Shown piece after piece: positions 50,834 through 61,020 of a DNA stretch of 64,000 nt (its first letter is position 1; each line of letters opens with the position of its first letter). The DNA comes from an uncultured Candidatus Entotheonella sp. (lineage in GTDB: Bacteria; Tectomicrobia; Entotheonellia; Entotheonellales; Entotheonellaceae), in contig CBDCDA010000002.1 in the NCBI GenBank assembly GCA_965215335.1, forward strand, positions 1-64,000. The letters are read 5' to 3'. A program made the position numbers and the translations under genes. The notes below the pieces were generated by a model. The model saw only the letters and a program-made list of their open reading frames with translations. It had not been told where the DNA came from and searched no databases.

Positions 50834-51524
50834 ATGGCGTGGTTGCCCATGCCATTTTCGGAGATCGCCGGGCAGCTTGACGGCCTGGTCCTGCCCATCG
50901 CTTCGCTGGCCTCGTGGGGGGGGGCTCATGCTGTGCTCGGTGGTCGTCCTGGGCCTGCTGCTGGATCGCAGTGTGGTGCTGCGGCGCCGGCGCATCATCC
51001 CGGCGGGCTTTCTCGAACAGGTGCGGCGCCACTGGTACAAGGGTGACGTGAAAGCCGCGCTGGCCTGCTGCGACGAGGAGCGCGCCGCCATCTCCCGCAT
51101 TCTGCGCGCCGGCCTGGGTCGTCACGAGGCCGGCAGGGTGGAAATCGAAAAGGCGCTGGAGGTCGCCGGCCAACTCGAGTTGTACAACCTCAGCAGCTAC
51201 ATTCGCGGCTTCGGCCTGGTCGCCAGCCTGGCGCCCATGCTGGGCTTTCTCGGCACCGTGGCCGGCATGATCGGCGCCTTCAATGCCATCGCCGCAGCCG
51301 GCACGAGCAATCCCTCCCTGGTGGCCAACGGCATCTCTGCCGCGCTGCTGAGCACCGCGTCGGGTCTGGTCATCGGCATCCCCGCCCTCGCCCTGTATCA
51401 TTTCTTCCGCGGTCGGGTGGACCGTTTCGTGCAGGAGATGGAGGAAGTGGCGCTCGAACTCGTCGAAGACCTCGTGCACCAACAGCGCGTGCGCTCGCTC
51501 AGAAGGCAGGCCGATGCGGTTTAA
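50834..51524 (+). CDS. MotA/TolQ/ExbB proton channel protein, apparent frameshift at a G9 tract (50916-50924)
   Basis: APMLGFLGTVAGMIGAF, GISAALLSTASGL motifs; a plausible N-terminus (MAWLPMPF...ASWGG) joins the body only with 8 G. Confidence 0.8.
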
Positions 51525-51915
51525 GCGTCACGAAGACGATCGCGGCGGACAGTTTGAACTCATTTCCATGACGGACATCGTCTTCCTCCTGCTGATCTTC
51601 TTCATGATTTCCACCACCTTTGTCGATCTCGGCAGCCACCTGGACATCCAACTGCCGGAAGCTCCGGGCGGGAAGACCGAGCAAACGGCGCAGCCTTACC
51701 TTATCGAAATGGGAATACAGGACGCACTGCTTCTTGACGGAACGCCCATACAATTGCACGAGATACCGGAGAAACTCGCCGAAAATCGCACGCCGGGCCG
51801 TCAGGATTCGGTGATCATCAGGGCTGACAAACGCCTGCCGTATGGCGAGGTGATGACGGTTTTGGGATTGGTACGGCAGACACAAATCCGCGATATCGCA
51901 GTTGCCGTGCGTTGA
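51514..51915 (+). CDS. ExbD/TolR family protein
   Basis: SMTDIVFLLLIFFMISTTF, IQLPEA, VIIRADKRLPYGEV. Confidence 0.92.
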   Translation: MRFKRHEDDRGGQFELISMTDIVFLLLIFFMISTTFVDLGSHLDIQLPEAPGGKTEQTAQPYLIEMGIQDALLLDGTPIQLHEIPEKLAENRTPGRQDSVIIRADKRLPYGEVMTVLGLVRQTQIRDIAVAVR

Positions 51916-52023
51916 TCTTTGTGCTTGCTTATACGTGGTTGACTGCCTACCATGGCTTCTTTGTGCCTTGTCATGGCGCCACCCGGTTCATGGTGTGTTT
52001 TGGCGGGAAAGAAAACCAGACGG

Positions 52024-52275
52024 ATGGCTGACGGCAACAAATCATCGGAGAGGCAGAGTCCGGCCGCTTCGAAGCGGTCCCGGCGCCTGTGGCGGGTGGC
52101 GTACTGGGGTGGACGATTGTGTCAGATTCTCGGCTTGCTGCTCCTGTGGTGCATCCTGATGATTTTCCCCACCGCCGAGGCTATCCGCGCCCTGCTCTAC
52201 GGCGGGGTGGCGGTGGCCGCGGCGGTATTTTATCTGGGTTGGCTGGTCATCCGGTGGGCCGTGAAGGCAACGTGA
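52024..52275 (+). CDS. Small two-TM hypothetical membrane protein
   Basis: Two hydrophobic segments; co-oriented with neighbours. Confidence 0.55.
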   Translation: MADGNKSSERQSPAASKRSRRLWRVAYWGGRLCQILGLLLLWCILMIFPTAEAIRALLYGGVAVAAAVFYLGWLVIRWAVKAT

Positions 52276-52312
52276 GAACCGGGGGTGGCCGGGTGCCCGA
52301 AGGGTCCGAGGC

Positions 52313-52894
52313 ATGGCACCGATGCTGACAAAAAAAACGCTGTGCTTGTTCGAAGTTGATCTCACGTCCGGTGTGCTGCCGTCGTGTGAGGCGCGGCTTG
52401 CCGTCGCCTACAAGCGGCTGGACGCCGCGGTCTGGGCAGCGCAGACGAATAGCGATCACGTTACCGACCGGTACTTGTTTCAAGCCCGATTCGACCGTGG
52501 CGAACTCGTCTGGACCGCCCATGACGACGCCGACAAAATTGTTTCGTATTGCTGGGTTACCCGGAAATCGGTCGAGATCGGTGAGATTGGCTGCGTCATC
52601 AGCCCGCGCGCCGACGAAATCTACCTGTACGACGCCTTTACGTTCGCGGAACATCGCGGGCAGAATCTGTATCCGGCTGTTTTGCAAAGGGTTCTGGAAC
52701 ACAGCCGGGATGCCGGACTGCGGCGCGCCTTGATCTTCGTGATGAGTGACAACGTGGCCTCGATTCGTGGCGTTCGCAAGGCGGGCTTTGGTGAGTTTCA
52801 GCGCGTCACGTACTACAATATTATCGGGTTTGTCCGTTATTCGTGCCGGCCGCCTCTCAGCCACGCCGCGGGGGTCGACCTGCTCCCTGCTTGA
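52313..52894 (+). CDS. GNAT family N-acetyltransferase
   Basis: YLYDAFT...HRGQNL acetyl-CoA motif, NVASIRGVRKAGF. Confidence 0.85.
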   Translation: MAPMLTKKTLCLFEVDLTSGVLPSCEARLAVAYKRLDAAVWAAQTNSDHVTDRYLFQARFDRGELVWTAHDDADKIVSYCWVTRKSVEIGEIGCVISPRADEIYLYDAFTFAEHRGQNLYPAVLQRVLEHSRDAGLRRALIFVMSDNVASIRGVRKAGFGEFQRVTYYNIIGFVRYSCRPPLSHAAGVDLLPA

Positions 52895-52965
52895 CCGATG
52901 CGCAGAGATCTTGCAGTCGGCGAGGCCGCGCGGCGGACCGCCTTCCTCCTGGTAAGGACTCCTTC

Positions 52966-54003
52966 ATGTACGTTGATGTGTTGACGGCCGAGACGGCCTT
53001 CCAGACGCTGCGGCCTGAGTGGCTGCGGCTGCTCGGCGAGATGCCTTTTCAGAGCGTGTTTTTCACGCCGCATTGGCAGGAAACGTGGTGGCGCCATTTC
53101 GGGGCCGGTCGACAGTTGTCGATCCTCACGGTGCGGTCCAACGAGGGCCGCTTACAGGGCTTGGCGCCTCTGATGCGCAGCAATGACGACGCCGATACTG
53201 CCCGTTTGGAATTCATCGGCGACCTCGAACTGTGCGATTATTTTGACCTGCTCATCGCCCCGCGCCCGCAGAACGACGCGGCGCGGGCGATGGCCGATTA
53301 CCTCGTGTCACAAGCCGGTGAAGAGGTGGAAATCTGCCTGAACAATCTGTCGGTCAGTTCGGTGACAGCAGCCCTGCTACAGGACGGCTTGACCAAGCAG
53401 GGGCTGCTTGTGGAAACCGAAACGATCGAAACCTGCCCCACCATCGCTTTGCCCGCAGATTGGGACGCCTACCTGGCCACCCTGCGCGGCAAGGACCGGC
53501 ACGAGCTGCGCCGCAAGATTCGCCGCGCCGAGAACGCCGCCGAGCTTGCCTACACCGTTACCGACACGCTGGAGCAGCTCGACAAGGACCTGGACACCTT
53601 CATTACGCTGCACCGCATGAGCCAGCAAGACGACAAACAGGGCTTCATGACCCCGTCGAAGGTGGCGTTTTTCAGAGACATGGCGCGTCAGCTGTGGCAG
53701 GAAGGGTGGCTGGAGCTGGCCTTCCTGCACGCCGACGACCGGCCGGTTGCGGGTCTGTGCTGTATGACCTACGGCACCACCTATGCGGCGTATAATTCGG
53801 GTTACCATCCGGGCTATGGTGCCCTGAGCGCGGGGATCGTGCTGTTTGCCAACCGAATCCGCAGCGCCATAGACCGCGGCTTCGTCGCTTTCGACTTTCT
53901 GCGCGGCAATGAAGCCTACAAGTATCGCTTCGGCGCCAGCGATCGTCCGTTGTCGCGGTTCGTGGTGCGGAGCGTTTGTCCGGTGCAGGAGTCGTGTGTA
54001 TGA
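52966..54003 (+). CDS. CelD/BcsL-type GNAT protein
   Basis: FFTPHWQETWWRHF, GLAPL, CDYFD, WDAYLATL, YNSGY, FDFLRGNEAYKYRFG. Confidence 0.87.
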   Translation: MYVDVLTAETAFQTLRPEWLRLLGEMPFQSVFFTPHWQETWWRHFGAGRQLSILTVRSNEGRLQGLAPLMRSNDDADTARLEFIGDLELCDYFDLLIAPRPQNDAARAMADYLVSQAGEEVEICLNNLSVSSVTAALLQDGLTKQGLLVETETIETCPTIALPADWDAYLATLRGKDRHELRRKIRRAENAAELAYTVTDTLEQLDKDLDTFITLHRMSQQDDKQGFMTPSKVAFFRDMARQLWQEGWLELAFLHADDRPVAGLCCMTYGTTYAAYNSGYHPGYGALSAGIVLFANRIRSAIDRGFVAFDFLRGNEAYKYRFGASDRPLSRFVVRSVCPVQESCV

Positions 54004-55313
54004 GGTCCGTCACAATACCCGTGTTACCCCCGCAGCGGGTGGCCATGATCAGCGTGCACAGCTGTCCGCTGGCCACTCTGGGCGGGCGCGAAACCGGCGG
54101 CATGAATGTCTACGTACGCGAACTGAGCCGCCACCTGAGTGAACAAGGCATTGACGTTGACGTTTACACGCGCCGTCAGGACCCTTGTCATCCAACCGTG
54201 GTTGGCTTCGCGGACCGGGCGCGCGTCATCCACTTGTCCGCCGGCCCGGCGGCGCCGTACAGCAAGCATCGCGTCTGGGACCACCTGCCCGAATTTGTTG
54301 ACGGGGTTCAGGACTTCATCAACGAGCATGCCCTGCGGTACGACATCATCCACAGCCACTATTGGTTGTCCGGCTGGGCAGCCATGCAGCTTCGCCCGAC
54401 GCTCGATCTGCCCATCGTGCACATGTCTCATACCCTGGGTTACCCGAAGAACGCTGCGGCCAAGCTTCCCTGGGAACAGGAACCGAACCGGCGGCTGTGG
54501 GTCGAGCGCAAGGTGCTTCAGGGCAGCGACGCCTTGGTCGCGGAGAGCCCCGCCAGCAAGCAGCACACGGTGTGGCACTACGACATCGACCCGGCCAACG
54601 TGGCGGTGATTCCCTGCGGTGTTGACATGGCACGTTTCCGCCCCCAGGACAAAGGGCGAGCCAGGGCTGGGTTGTCGTTGCCGCCCACAGCGCCGGTCCT
54701 GCTCTTTGTCGGGCGCTTACAGCCTTCAAAGGGCATCGACACCTTGCTGCAGGCCGCCGCCGACATCCGCCGCGACTACCCAGACATGCGCGTTCTGGTC
54801 GTCGGCGGCGGGCTCGATCATCAGGACGCGTACGAAACAGCGGAGCTCGACCGCCTGCAAACGTTGGGAGACAAATTGGGGCTGAGCAACGTGCACTACA
54901 TCAAGGCGCAGCCCCAGGAGAAATTGGCTCAGTATTACGCTGCCGCCGACGTTTTCGTCATGCCGTCGCACTACGAATCCTTCGGCATGGTGGTGTTGGA
55001 AGCGATGGCTTGCGGCACACCGGTGGTGGCGTCGGAAGTCGGCGGCCTGTCCTCCACGATCATTCACGGCGATTCCGGCTTGCTGGTCTCCTCGGGCGAC
55101 TGGCGGGCCTTTGCTCAGGCCATTTCCCGCCTCCTGGCCTCACCGCAACTGCAAAACACCATGCGCCGAGCCGGGCCGGAGCGGGCGCGAGCCTTCGCAT
55201 GGCCTCATATTGTCGAAAACAACGTAAGGCTTTATCGTCGCCTCATCCTTCGGCAAAGCACCATGCCTCCCGCCCTCGCCGCCGGCGTCCCATGTCCCAC
55301 TACCCCCACCTGA
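54000..55313 (+). CDS. GT4 glycosyltransferase, MshA (D-inositol-3-phosphate glycosyltransferase)-like
   Basis: SVHSCPL...GGMNVYV, HSHYWLSG, HTL, FVGRLQPSKG, PSHYESFGMVVLEA. Confidence 0.85.
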   Translation: MRSVTIPVLPPQRVAMISVHSCPLATLGGRETGGMNVYVRELSRHLSEQGIDVDVYTRRQDPCHPTVVGFADRARVIHLSAGPAAPYSKHRVWDHLPEFVDGVQDFINEHALRYDIIHSHYWLSGWAAMQLRPTLDLPIVHMSHTLGYPKNAAAKLPWEQEPNRRLWVERKVLQGSDALVAESPASKQHTVWHYDIDPANVAVIPCGVDMARFRPQDKGRARAGLSLPPTAPVLLFVGRLQPSKGIDTLLQAAADIRRDYPDMRVLVVGGGLDHQDAYETAELDRLQTLGDKLGLSNVHYIKAQPQEKLAQYYAAADVFVMPSHYESFGMVVLEAMACGTPVVASEVGGLSSTIIHGDSGLLVSSGDWRAFAQAISRLLASPQLQNTMRRAGPERARAFAWPHIVENNVRLYRRLILRQSTMPPALAAGVPCPTTPT

Positions 55314-55322
55314 GTCTGAGTC

Positions 55323-55721
55323 GTGCGCCCGACCGAAAACCACAGGAACCGCAGAATCATCCTCCGTTGGCTCCTGGCCGCCCTCTACGCCGCCGGCATT
55401 TTCGTCGCCTCCAGCATCCCAGGGGATGACTTGCCGCAGCTCAAGACTGGCGACAAACTATTGCACGCACTCGTATTCGGCGGCTTGGCCGTATTGATCT
55501 GCCGGGGCCTGAGGCTGCAGAAACCGGAGTGGTCGCAGCGAGCGGTGGTCACCCTTGGCGTGCTGGCGACGGTTGCCTACGGCTGCTTTGACGAAAGCCG
55601 CCAATCGTTCGTGAGCGAGCGGCTATCGGAGCTATCGGACGTGGTGGCCGACGGGGCAGGGGCTCTGCTGGCCGGCTGGGGATGGAACAAGGCGGCAACG
55701 CTCTGGCATTGGCTGAGGTAG
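55323..55721 (+). CDS. VanZ family membrane protein
   Basis: IFVASSIP, DKLLHALVFG, YGCFDESRQSFV, DVVAD. Confidence 0.85.
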   Translation: MRPTENHRNRRIILRWLLAALYAAGIFVASSIPGDDLPQLKTGDKLLHALVFGGLAVLICRGLRLQKPEWSQRAVVTLGVLATVAYGCFDESRQSFVSERLSELSDVVADGAGALLAGWGWNKAATLWHWLR

Positions 55722-55730
55722 GGAACGACA

Positions 55731-55814
55731 TGCCGAGGGCCGGACTCGAACCGGCACGGACGCAGGGTCCAACGGATTTTAAGTCCGTTGTGTCTACCAT
55801 TCCACCACCCCGGC
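55731..55814 (-). tRNA. tRNA-Leu(TAA)
   Basis: Cloverleaf with long variable arm, anticodon loop CTTAAAA, T-arm GGTTCGAGTCC; CCA not encoded. Confidence 0.95.
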
Positions 55815-55870
55815 GACGAAACGCGCGGACGATGATTCGTGTTCGAAGGGAAAGCTGCCGGAGGCGTGAG

Positions 55871-55941
<71 letters not shown>

Positions 55942-55977
55942 GATGTAGGGAGGAAGTGTCCGCAGCCTGAGGGCGAA

Positions 55978-56050
55978 AGCGGGTGACCGGGCTCGAACCG
56001 GCGACCCCAACCTTGGCAAGGTTGTGCTCTACCAACTGAGCTACACCCGC
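55978..56050 (-). tRNA. tRNA-Gly(GCC)
   Basis: GCGGGTGTAGCTCAGTTGGTAGAGC...TTGCCAA...GGTTCGAGCCC. Confidence 0.96.
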
Positions 56051-56073
56051 GTTGCCCCCCCGCAGGACAGGAA

Positions 56074-56102
56074 AGTATATAGCAGATTGCTTTTTTTGTC
56101 AA
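56074..56102 (-). promoter_or_regulatory. Near-consensus sigma70 promoter for the tRNA operon
   Basis: Minus strand TTGACA-17 nt-TATACT, 23 nt upstream of tRNA-Gly. Confidence 0.85.
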
Positions 56103-56127
56103 AGCCAAAATATCCCCATGCCGAAGG

Positions 56128-56712
56128 TCACCACAGCCGGGATTCGGCCCCCTGCATGAGTCGTTGCAAGTTGCCGCGGTGTGCGCCCAGGATAAGCAGC
56201 GCAGTGGCGATTGCCGCCATCACAAACGGCGCTGGATCACCCCGCAGGAATGCCAGCAACGGCACGACCAGCGCAGCAAGCATGGATGCCACCGACACGT
56301 AACGCAACGACAGCGTAACGGCCATCCAGACGACAACCGCGCCCAGGGTTGGCCACGGCAGGAGCGGTATCATAACGCCCAGCGACGTCGCCACGCCTTT
56401 ACCGCCCTGAAACCGGTAATACAACGGAAACATGTGGCCAATGACGGCGCTCAAGGCGGCCAAGGCCGTGACGGTCAAGGAAGTCCCCCACCCCTGCGCC
56501 AGCAGGACCGCCAGGCCACCCTTGGCGCTATCGCCCAGCAGGGTGAGCAGTGCCGGCGTTCGCCCCACTGCGCGCGCGACGTTGGTCGCGCCGATATTGC
56601 CGCTGCCGCTCTCCCGCAAGTTGGCCTGCCCATACCATCTCGACACGGACAGGCCAAACGAGAACGAACCGAGCAAATAGGCCACCACCACGACTGCCAC
56701 GTCTGCGACCAT
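56128..56712 (-). CDS. plsY: Glycerol-3-phosphate acyltransferase
   Basis: AYLLGS, GSGNIGATNVAR, GHMFP, FQGGKGVAT, HRGNLQRL. Confidence 0.95.
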   Translation of the reverse strand: MVADVAVVVVAYLLGSFSFGLSVSRWYGQANLRESGSGNIGATNVARAVGRTPALLTLLGDSAKGGLAVLLAQGWGTSLTVTALAALSAVIGHMFPLYYRFQGGKGVATSLGVMIPLLPWPTLGAVVVWMAVTLSLRYVSVASMLAALVVPLLAFLRGDPAPFVMAAIATALLILGAHRGNLQRLMQGAESRLW

Positions 56713-56725
56713 GACCGAAAGCTTT

Positions 56726-57295
56726 CTAGAGGATCTGCGCCAGATACTTGCGCAGGTAGTCAATGCCCGAAACGACGCCCAATAGCAGACCCACGCCCAG
56801 GGCGACCATTCCGGGCCAATACAGCTCAGGGAGGTTCAGGATAAGCAGGAAAACGCCGATGATGAGGAACAGCATTTTGTACTTGCCGTACGCCTCGGCG
56901 GCAATGATGAAGTGCTGGTCCGCGGCCATGGCACGCAGGCCAGTAACCGCCAGCTCACGGCAAAGAATGATGACCACAACCCACGCCGGAACCTGCTGCC
57001 GACCCACCAGTGATACCAGCGCAGCGGTAACCAGAAGCTTGTCGGCAATCGGATCCAGCAGTTGCCCCAGACGCGTTATCTGATTCGTGCTGCGCGCCAA
57101 GTAGCCATCGAGCCAGTCCGTGAACGCGGCGATGAGAAAGATGGTCGCCGCAATGACGGGCGACCAGCCACGCGGCGAGATCAGAAACACCAGCAGAATC
57201 GGCACCAGGAAGATGCGCATCAGGGTGATCCGATTGGGCCAGTTGAGCCCGTGCCGCGCTTGCGGCAGCGATGTATCGGATTGTTGTAATGCCAT
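56726..57295 (-). CDS. pgsA: CDP-diacylglycerol--glycerol-3-phosphate 3-phosphatidyltransferase
   Basis: NWPNRITLMR, TDWLDGYLAR...LGQLLDPIADKLL, RELAVTGLR. Confidence 0.95.
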   Translation of the reverse strand: MALQQSDTSLPQARHGLNWPNRITLMRIFLVPILLVFLISPRGWSPVIAATIFLIAAFTDWLDGYLARSTNQITRLGQLLDPIADKLLVTAALVSLVGRQQVPAWVVVIILCRELAVTGLRAMAADQHFIIAAEAYGKYKMLFLIIGVFLLILNLPELYWPGMVALGVGLLLGVVSGIDYLRKYLAQIL

Positions 57296-57325
57296 GCTCC
57301 AAAACCTCGACCCGCAGGCGTTATG

Positions 57326-58108
57326 TCACGGCACGGCGGCCTCCGCATCGCGCGATATGCCGGTGTCGGGCAGGTTGCGCAACCGCGCCGCAACGCGTGA
57401 TACATAGGCGCTGGTAGGAAAACGAACCGCGAGGGTACGAAAGACACGCGCCGCTTTGACGTAATTCTCTTCTTGGCGGTAGCTGTCGGCCAGCATGTAA
57501 AAGGCAACGTCCATGCCGGACATGTCGGGATAAACCTGAATCAGGTTGAGCAGGCGCCGGATGGCTGCCTGATAGGCTTCCTTGCGATAGTAGAATCGCG
57601 CCACGTCGAACTCGTGCTCAGCCAGGCGCTGGCGCAGGAAGAGGATGCGCGCCTCCGCTTCCTGCAGCAACGTGTCTTGGGGATATTTCTGCCTGAAGAG
57701 TCGGAATGCCCGTAAAGCGTCCAATGTCACCTTTTGGTCGCGGTCGGATGGATTCACCTCCTGCGCGTGGCACATGCCAATCTGGAATTGCGCCTGCGCG
57801 GCGAGCGGATGCTGAGGGTAGAGCTCGAGAAATTTTTCGTACTCGAAGCGCGCTTCGAGATAGCTCTTCTCGCTGTACAGCGATTCGGCGATCTTGAATT
57901 GCACCTCCGCTTTGTACCTGTTCTCGGGGTGTTCTTCCAGTAGTTGCTGGTAAAATCCGCGTGCCTTATCACCCCGCTGGCGGCCGAGTTGCGCATCTCC
58001 CGAACGCAGGATTTCCGCCGCCGTCAGCGTCTTCTTTTTCGAGGCGCAGCCGATCAGCGCGAACACACACAGAATCCCCGCTGTGGCAATCGTCAGCAGT
58101 CTGCTCAC
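57326..58108 (-). CDS. bamD: Outer membrane protein assembly factor BamD (lipoprotein)
   Basis: Lipobox LIGC, TPR repeats, DRDQ, LAEHEFDVARFYY. Confidence 0.9.
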   Translation of the reverse strand: MSRLLTIATAGILCVFALIGCASKKKTLTAAEILRSGDAQLGRQRGDKARGFYQQLLEEHPENRYKAEVQFKIAESLYSEKSYLEARFEYEKFLELYPQHPLAAQAQFQIGMCHAQEVNPSDRDQKVTLDALRAFRLFRQKYPQDTLLQEAEARILFLRQRLAEHEFDVARFYYRKEAYQAAIRRLLNLIQVYPDMSGMDVAFYMLADSYRQEENYVKAARVFRTLAVRFPTSAYVSRVAARLRNLPDTGISRDAEAAVP

Positions 58109-58217
58109 GTCAGATTCCTTCCAATTCTGTTCAGGATTGGAAAACGGGCGTCCACCGCCGCTATTGGGGGAAAGCGGAGTCGCATTGTACTGCCCTGCCC
58201 CATACTGGGCAAGCCTC

Positions 58218-58247
58218 TTGACGATCCAACGAATGCCGTGCTATGTT
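58218..58247 (+). promoter_or_regulatory. Possible sigma70 promoter for tsaB-ilv genes
   Basis: TTGACG-18 nt-TATGTT with extended -10 TG. Confidence 0.45.
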
Positions 58248-58318
58248 GGCGCCTCTTCAGGTTGCGATATCCCTACGCTTTACTACGTTTTACGCCCGAA
58301 ACAGACGATGGACCGTCC

Positions 58319-59047
58319 ATGATGATCCTCGGCATCGACACAGCAAGTCCCTCCTGTAGTGCAGCCCTTGTCGAAGCAGGTCAAGTCATCGCATGCGCTC
58401 ACTTGCCGAGGCAATCCGCCGCCTCGTCGCACCTGGTGCGTCTTATCGATGATTTATGCGCGCAGGTTGGCTGCCCTGCCGTCGCCGTCGCCGGCGTGGC
58501 GGTGAATCTGGGGCCCGGGGCCTTTACCGGCTTGCGGGTGGGGCTGGCAACGGCACAGGGTCTGGTCGCAGCATACCGGCAGCCCTTGGTGGGCTGCAGC
58601 ACCTTCGAGGCGCTGGTGGACGCCGCGGCGGATTGGAACGGCCTGATTTGTCCAGTCATCGAGGCGCGCCGAGGGGAGGTATACGCCGCCTTTTACCGTC
58701 GACAAGGTCGGCAAGTAGACGAAACCGTACCCGGGATGGCCGTCACGCCGGATGCGCTGTGCGCCCTTGTTCAGGAACGCACCTTGTTTCTCGGCAGCGG
58801 GGTGCAAAGCTACGGTGAGTTATTGGCATCAAGATTGGGCGGCCAGGCGGTATGCAAGGACCTGGATGGCGACTTTGCGCTGGCAGCCAACGTGGCCCGT
58901 CTGGGTTGCGATCGCTTGGCGACAGCCAGCCCCGACGACGGCTACCGGCTCACGCCCATTTACATCAGACCCGCCGACGCCCGCCATCCACGACACAAGG
59001 CGTCGCCCGCGGCAGGCTGGCAAGGGAAAGGAGCAGCCCATGCTTGA
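58319..59047 (+). CDS. tsaB: t6A biosynthesis protein TsaB
   Basis: ILGIDTAS, GPGAFTGLRVG, EARRGEVY, PIYIR. Confidence 0.93.
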   Translation: MMILGIDTASPSCSAALVEAGQVIACAHLPRQSAASSHLVRLIDDLCAQVGCPAVAVAGVAVNLGPGAFTGLRVGLATAQGLVAAYRQPLVGCSTFEALVDAAADWNGLICPVIEARRGEVYAAFYRRQGRQVDETVPGMAVTPDALCALVQERTLFLGSGVQSYGELLASRLGGQAVCKDLDGDFALAANVARLGCDRLATASPDDGYRLTPIYIRPADARHPRHKASPAAGWQGKGAAHA

Positions 59048-59261
59048 AGGCATTGACGATGCCATGATTGCGCGCATACGGGAGGAAGACATCGAGTTTC
59101 GGCGCTTGCTCGACGAACATCAGCAATATGAAAGCCAGCTTGAGGCCTATACCAACCTGCCGTATCTCAGCAATGAACAGGAAATGGAACGCAAACGGCT
59201 GCAAAAACTTAAGCTCCAGGGCAAGGACCGCATGCTGGTCATCTTGCAGCAATATCGGTAA
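59040..59261 (+). CDS. DUF465 (YdcH-like) small coiled-coil protein
   Basis: EFRRLLDEH...LQKLKLQGKDRM; RBS AAGGAG. Confidence 0.8.
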   Translation: MLEGIDDAMIARIREEDIEFRRLLDEHQQYESQLEAYTNLPYLSNEQEMERKRLQKLKLQGKDRMLVILQQYR

Positions 59262-59323
59262 TTCCGAGCACCTCATTGACGCGGTGTTTCTATTCGCACG
59301 CGCTGTAGGGAAGGGTGCAAGCC

Positions 59324-61009
59324 ATGCAAGGCGCTGAAATTTTCATCGAAAGTCTGCTGGCAGAGGGCGTTGATACCATCTTTGGGCACCCGGGCGGCGC
59401 CATTTTGCCGATCAACGATGCCCTGTACAGCGGCCGCATCCGACATATTCTGACCCGCCACGAGCAGGGGGCGGTGCACATGGCGGAGGGATACGCACGC
59501 GCCACCGGACGGCCCGGCGTGGTGCTGGTGACCTCGGGACCCGGCGGCACGAACGTCGTCACCGGGATCACCGACGCGTTTATGGACTCCACGCCCATCG
59601 TCGTATTTACCGGTCAGGTGCCCACCGGCGTCATCGGCAACGATGCCTTCCAGGAGGCGGACATCGTCGGCATGACCCGCTCGTGCACCAAGCACAACTA
59701 TTTGGTCAGGGACGTCAAGGACCTGGCCCGCGCCATCAAGGAAGCCTTCTACATTGCCTCCACCGGACGCCCCGGCCCGGTGCTGGTCGACATCCCCAAG
59801 GACGTGGCCAACGGCTCGGCGGACTTCATGTATCCTGACAGCGTGGACATTCGCGGCTACAAGCCGACAACCCTTGGTCACGCCGGGCAAATCCGGCGCG
59901 CCGCCGAAATGCTGGCTGCCGCCGAACGGCCGGTCATCTACGCGGGTGGCGGCGTCATTCACTCCGGGGCGGCGGCTGAGTTGCACGAGCTCGGCGAACT
60001 CACCGCGACACCGGTCACCAACACCCTGATGGGGCTGGGCGGCTTCCCCGGCCGTCACGACCTGTGGCTCGGCATGCTGGGCATGCACGGCACCTACACG
60101 GCGAACATGGCCATGGATCAGGCCGATCTGGTCATCGCCATCGGCGCCCGATTCGACGATCGCGTTACCGGCAACCTCGAAGAATTCTGCGTCGGCGCGG
60201 CGTTCATCCATATCGACATTGATCCGTCGTCCATCGGCAAGAATATCCCCGTCGCCCTGCCGATCGTCGGCGACGTGAAGATGTGCTTGCAGCGCCTGCT
60301 CACGGAATTGCGGGCCATGGAGGGCAAGGACTGGTACGCGGCGCACGTGTCCTGGTTGGCGCAAATCGCCGCGTGGCAGCGGGATTTCCCGCTGTCATAC
60401 GTGCAGGAATCGGATGGCGAGCTCATGCCGCAATACGTCTGCCAACAGATTTACGAAGTCACCGAGGGCGATGCCATCATCACCACCGAGGTGGGGCAGC
60501 ACCAGATGTGGGCCGCCCAGTATTACCACTTCATGAAGCCCCGTCACTTCATCACCTCGGGTGGCCTCGGCACCATGGGCTACGGCTTTCCCGCGGCCAT
60601 CGGCGCCCAGCTCGCCTGCCCGGACCGCACCGTCATCGACATCGCCGGCGACGGCAGCTTCCAGATGAACGTGCAGGAGCTGGCCACCGCAGTGCAATAC
60701 GACCTGCCCGTGATCGTGGCAATCCTGAACAACCACAGCCTGGGCATGGTGCGCCAGTGGCAGCAGTTCTTCTTCGAGGGCCGCTATGCCGACACCAGTC
60801 TGGAAGTAAGCCCCGACTACGTGAAGCTCGCCGAGGCTTACGGAGCGGTCGGCCTGCGGGCCACCAAACCCGACGAGGTGCGCCCTGTGCTTGAGGAAGC
60901 CATCCGCCTGCGCCGGCCGGTAGTTCTCGATTTCGTGGTGAAAATGACGGAGAACGTTTTTCCCATGATCCCGACCGGCGGCTCCATCAAAGACATCCTG
61001 TTGGCGTAA
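59324..61009 (+). CDS. ilvB: Acetolactate synthase large subunit (biosynthetic)
   Basis: [43 protein letters not shown]. Confidence 0.96.
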   Translation: MQGAEIFIESLLAEGVDTIFGHPGGAILPINDALYSGRIRHILTRHEQGAVHMAEGYARATGRPGVVLVTSGPGGTNVVTGITDAFMDSTPIVVFTGQVPTGVIGNDAFQEADIVGMTRSCTKHNYLVRDVKDLARAIKEAFYIASTGRPGPVLVDIPKDVANGSADFMYPDSVDIRGYKPTTLGHAGQIRRAAEMLAAAERPVIYAGGGVIHSGAAAELHELGELTATPVTNTLMGLGGFPGRHDLWLGMLGMHGTYTANMAMDQADLVIAIGARFDDRVTGNLEEFCVGAAFIHIDIDPSSIGKNIPVALPIVGDVKMCLQRLLTELRAMEGKDWYAAHVSWLAQIAAWQRDFPLSYVQESDGELMPQYVCQQIYEVTEGDAIITTEVGQHQMWAAQYYHFMKPRHFITSGGLGTMGYGFPAAIGAQLACPDRTVIDIAGDGSFQMNVQELATAVQYDLPVIVAILNNHSLGMVRQWQQFFFEGRYADTSLEVSPDYVKLAEAYGAVGLRATKPDEVRPVLEEAIRLRRPVVLDFVVKMTENVFPMIPTGGSIKDILLA

Positions 61010-61020
61010 GGGCGGCATCA

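Noticed and set aside
51952..55730. Genomic island integrated at tRNA-Leu
   Set aside because: No integrase, no duplicated tRNA 3' end seen, no clear composition shift
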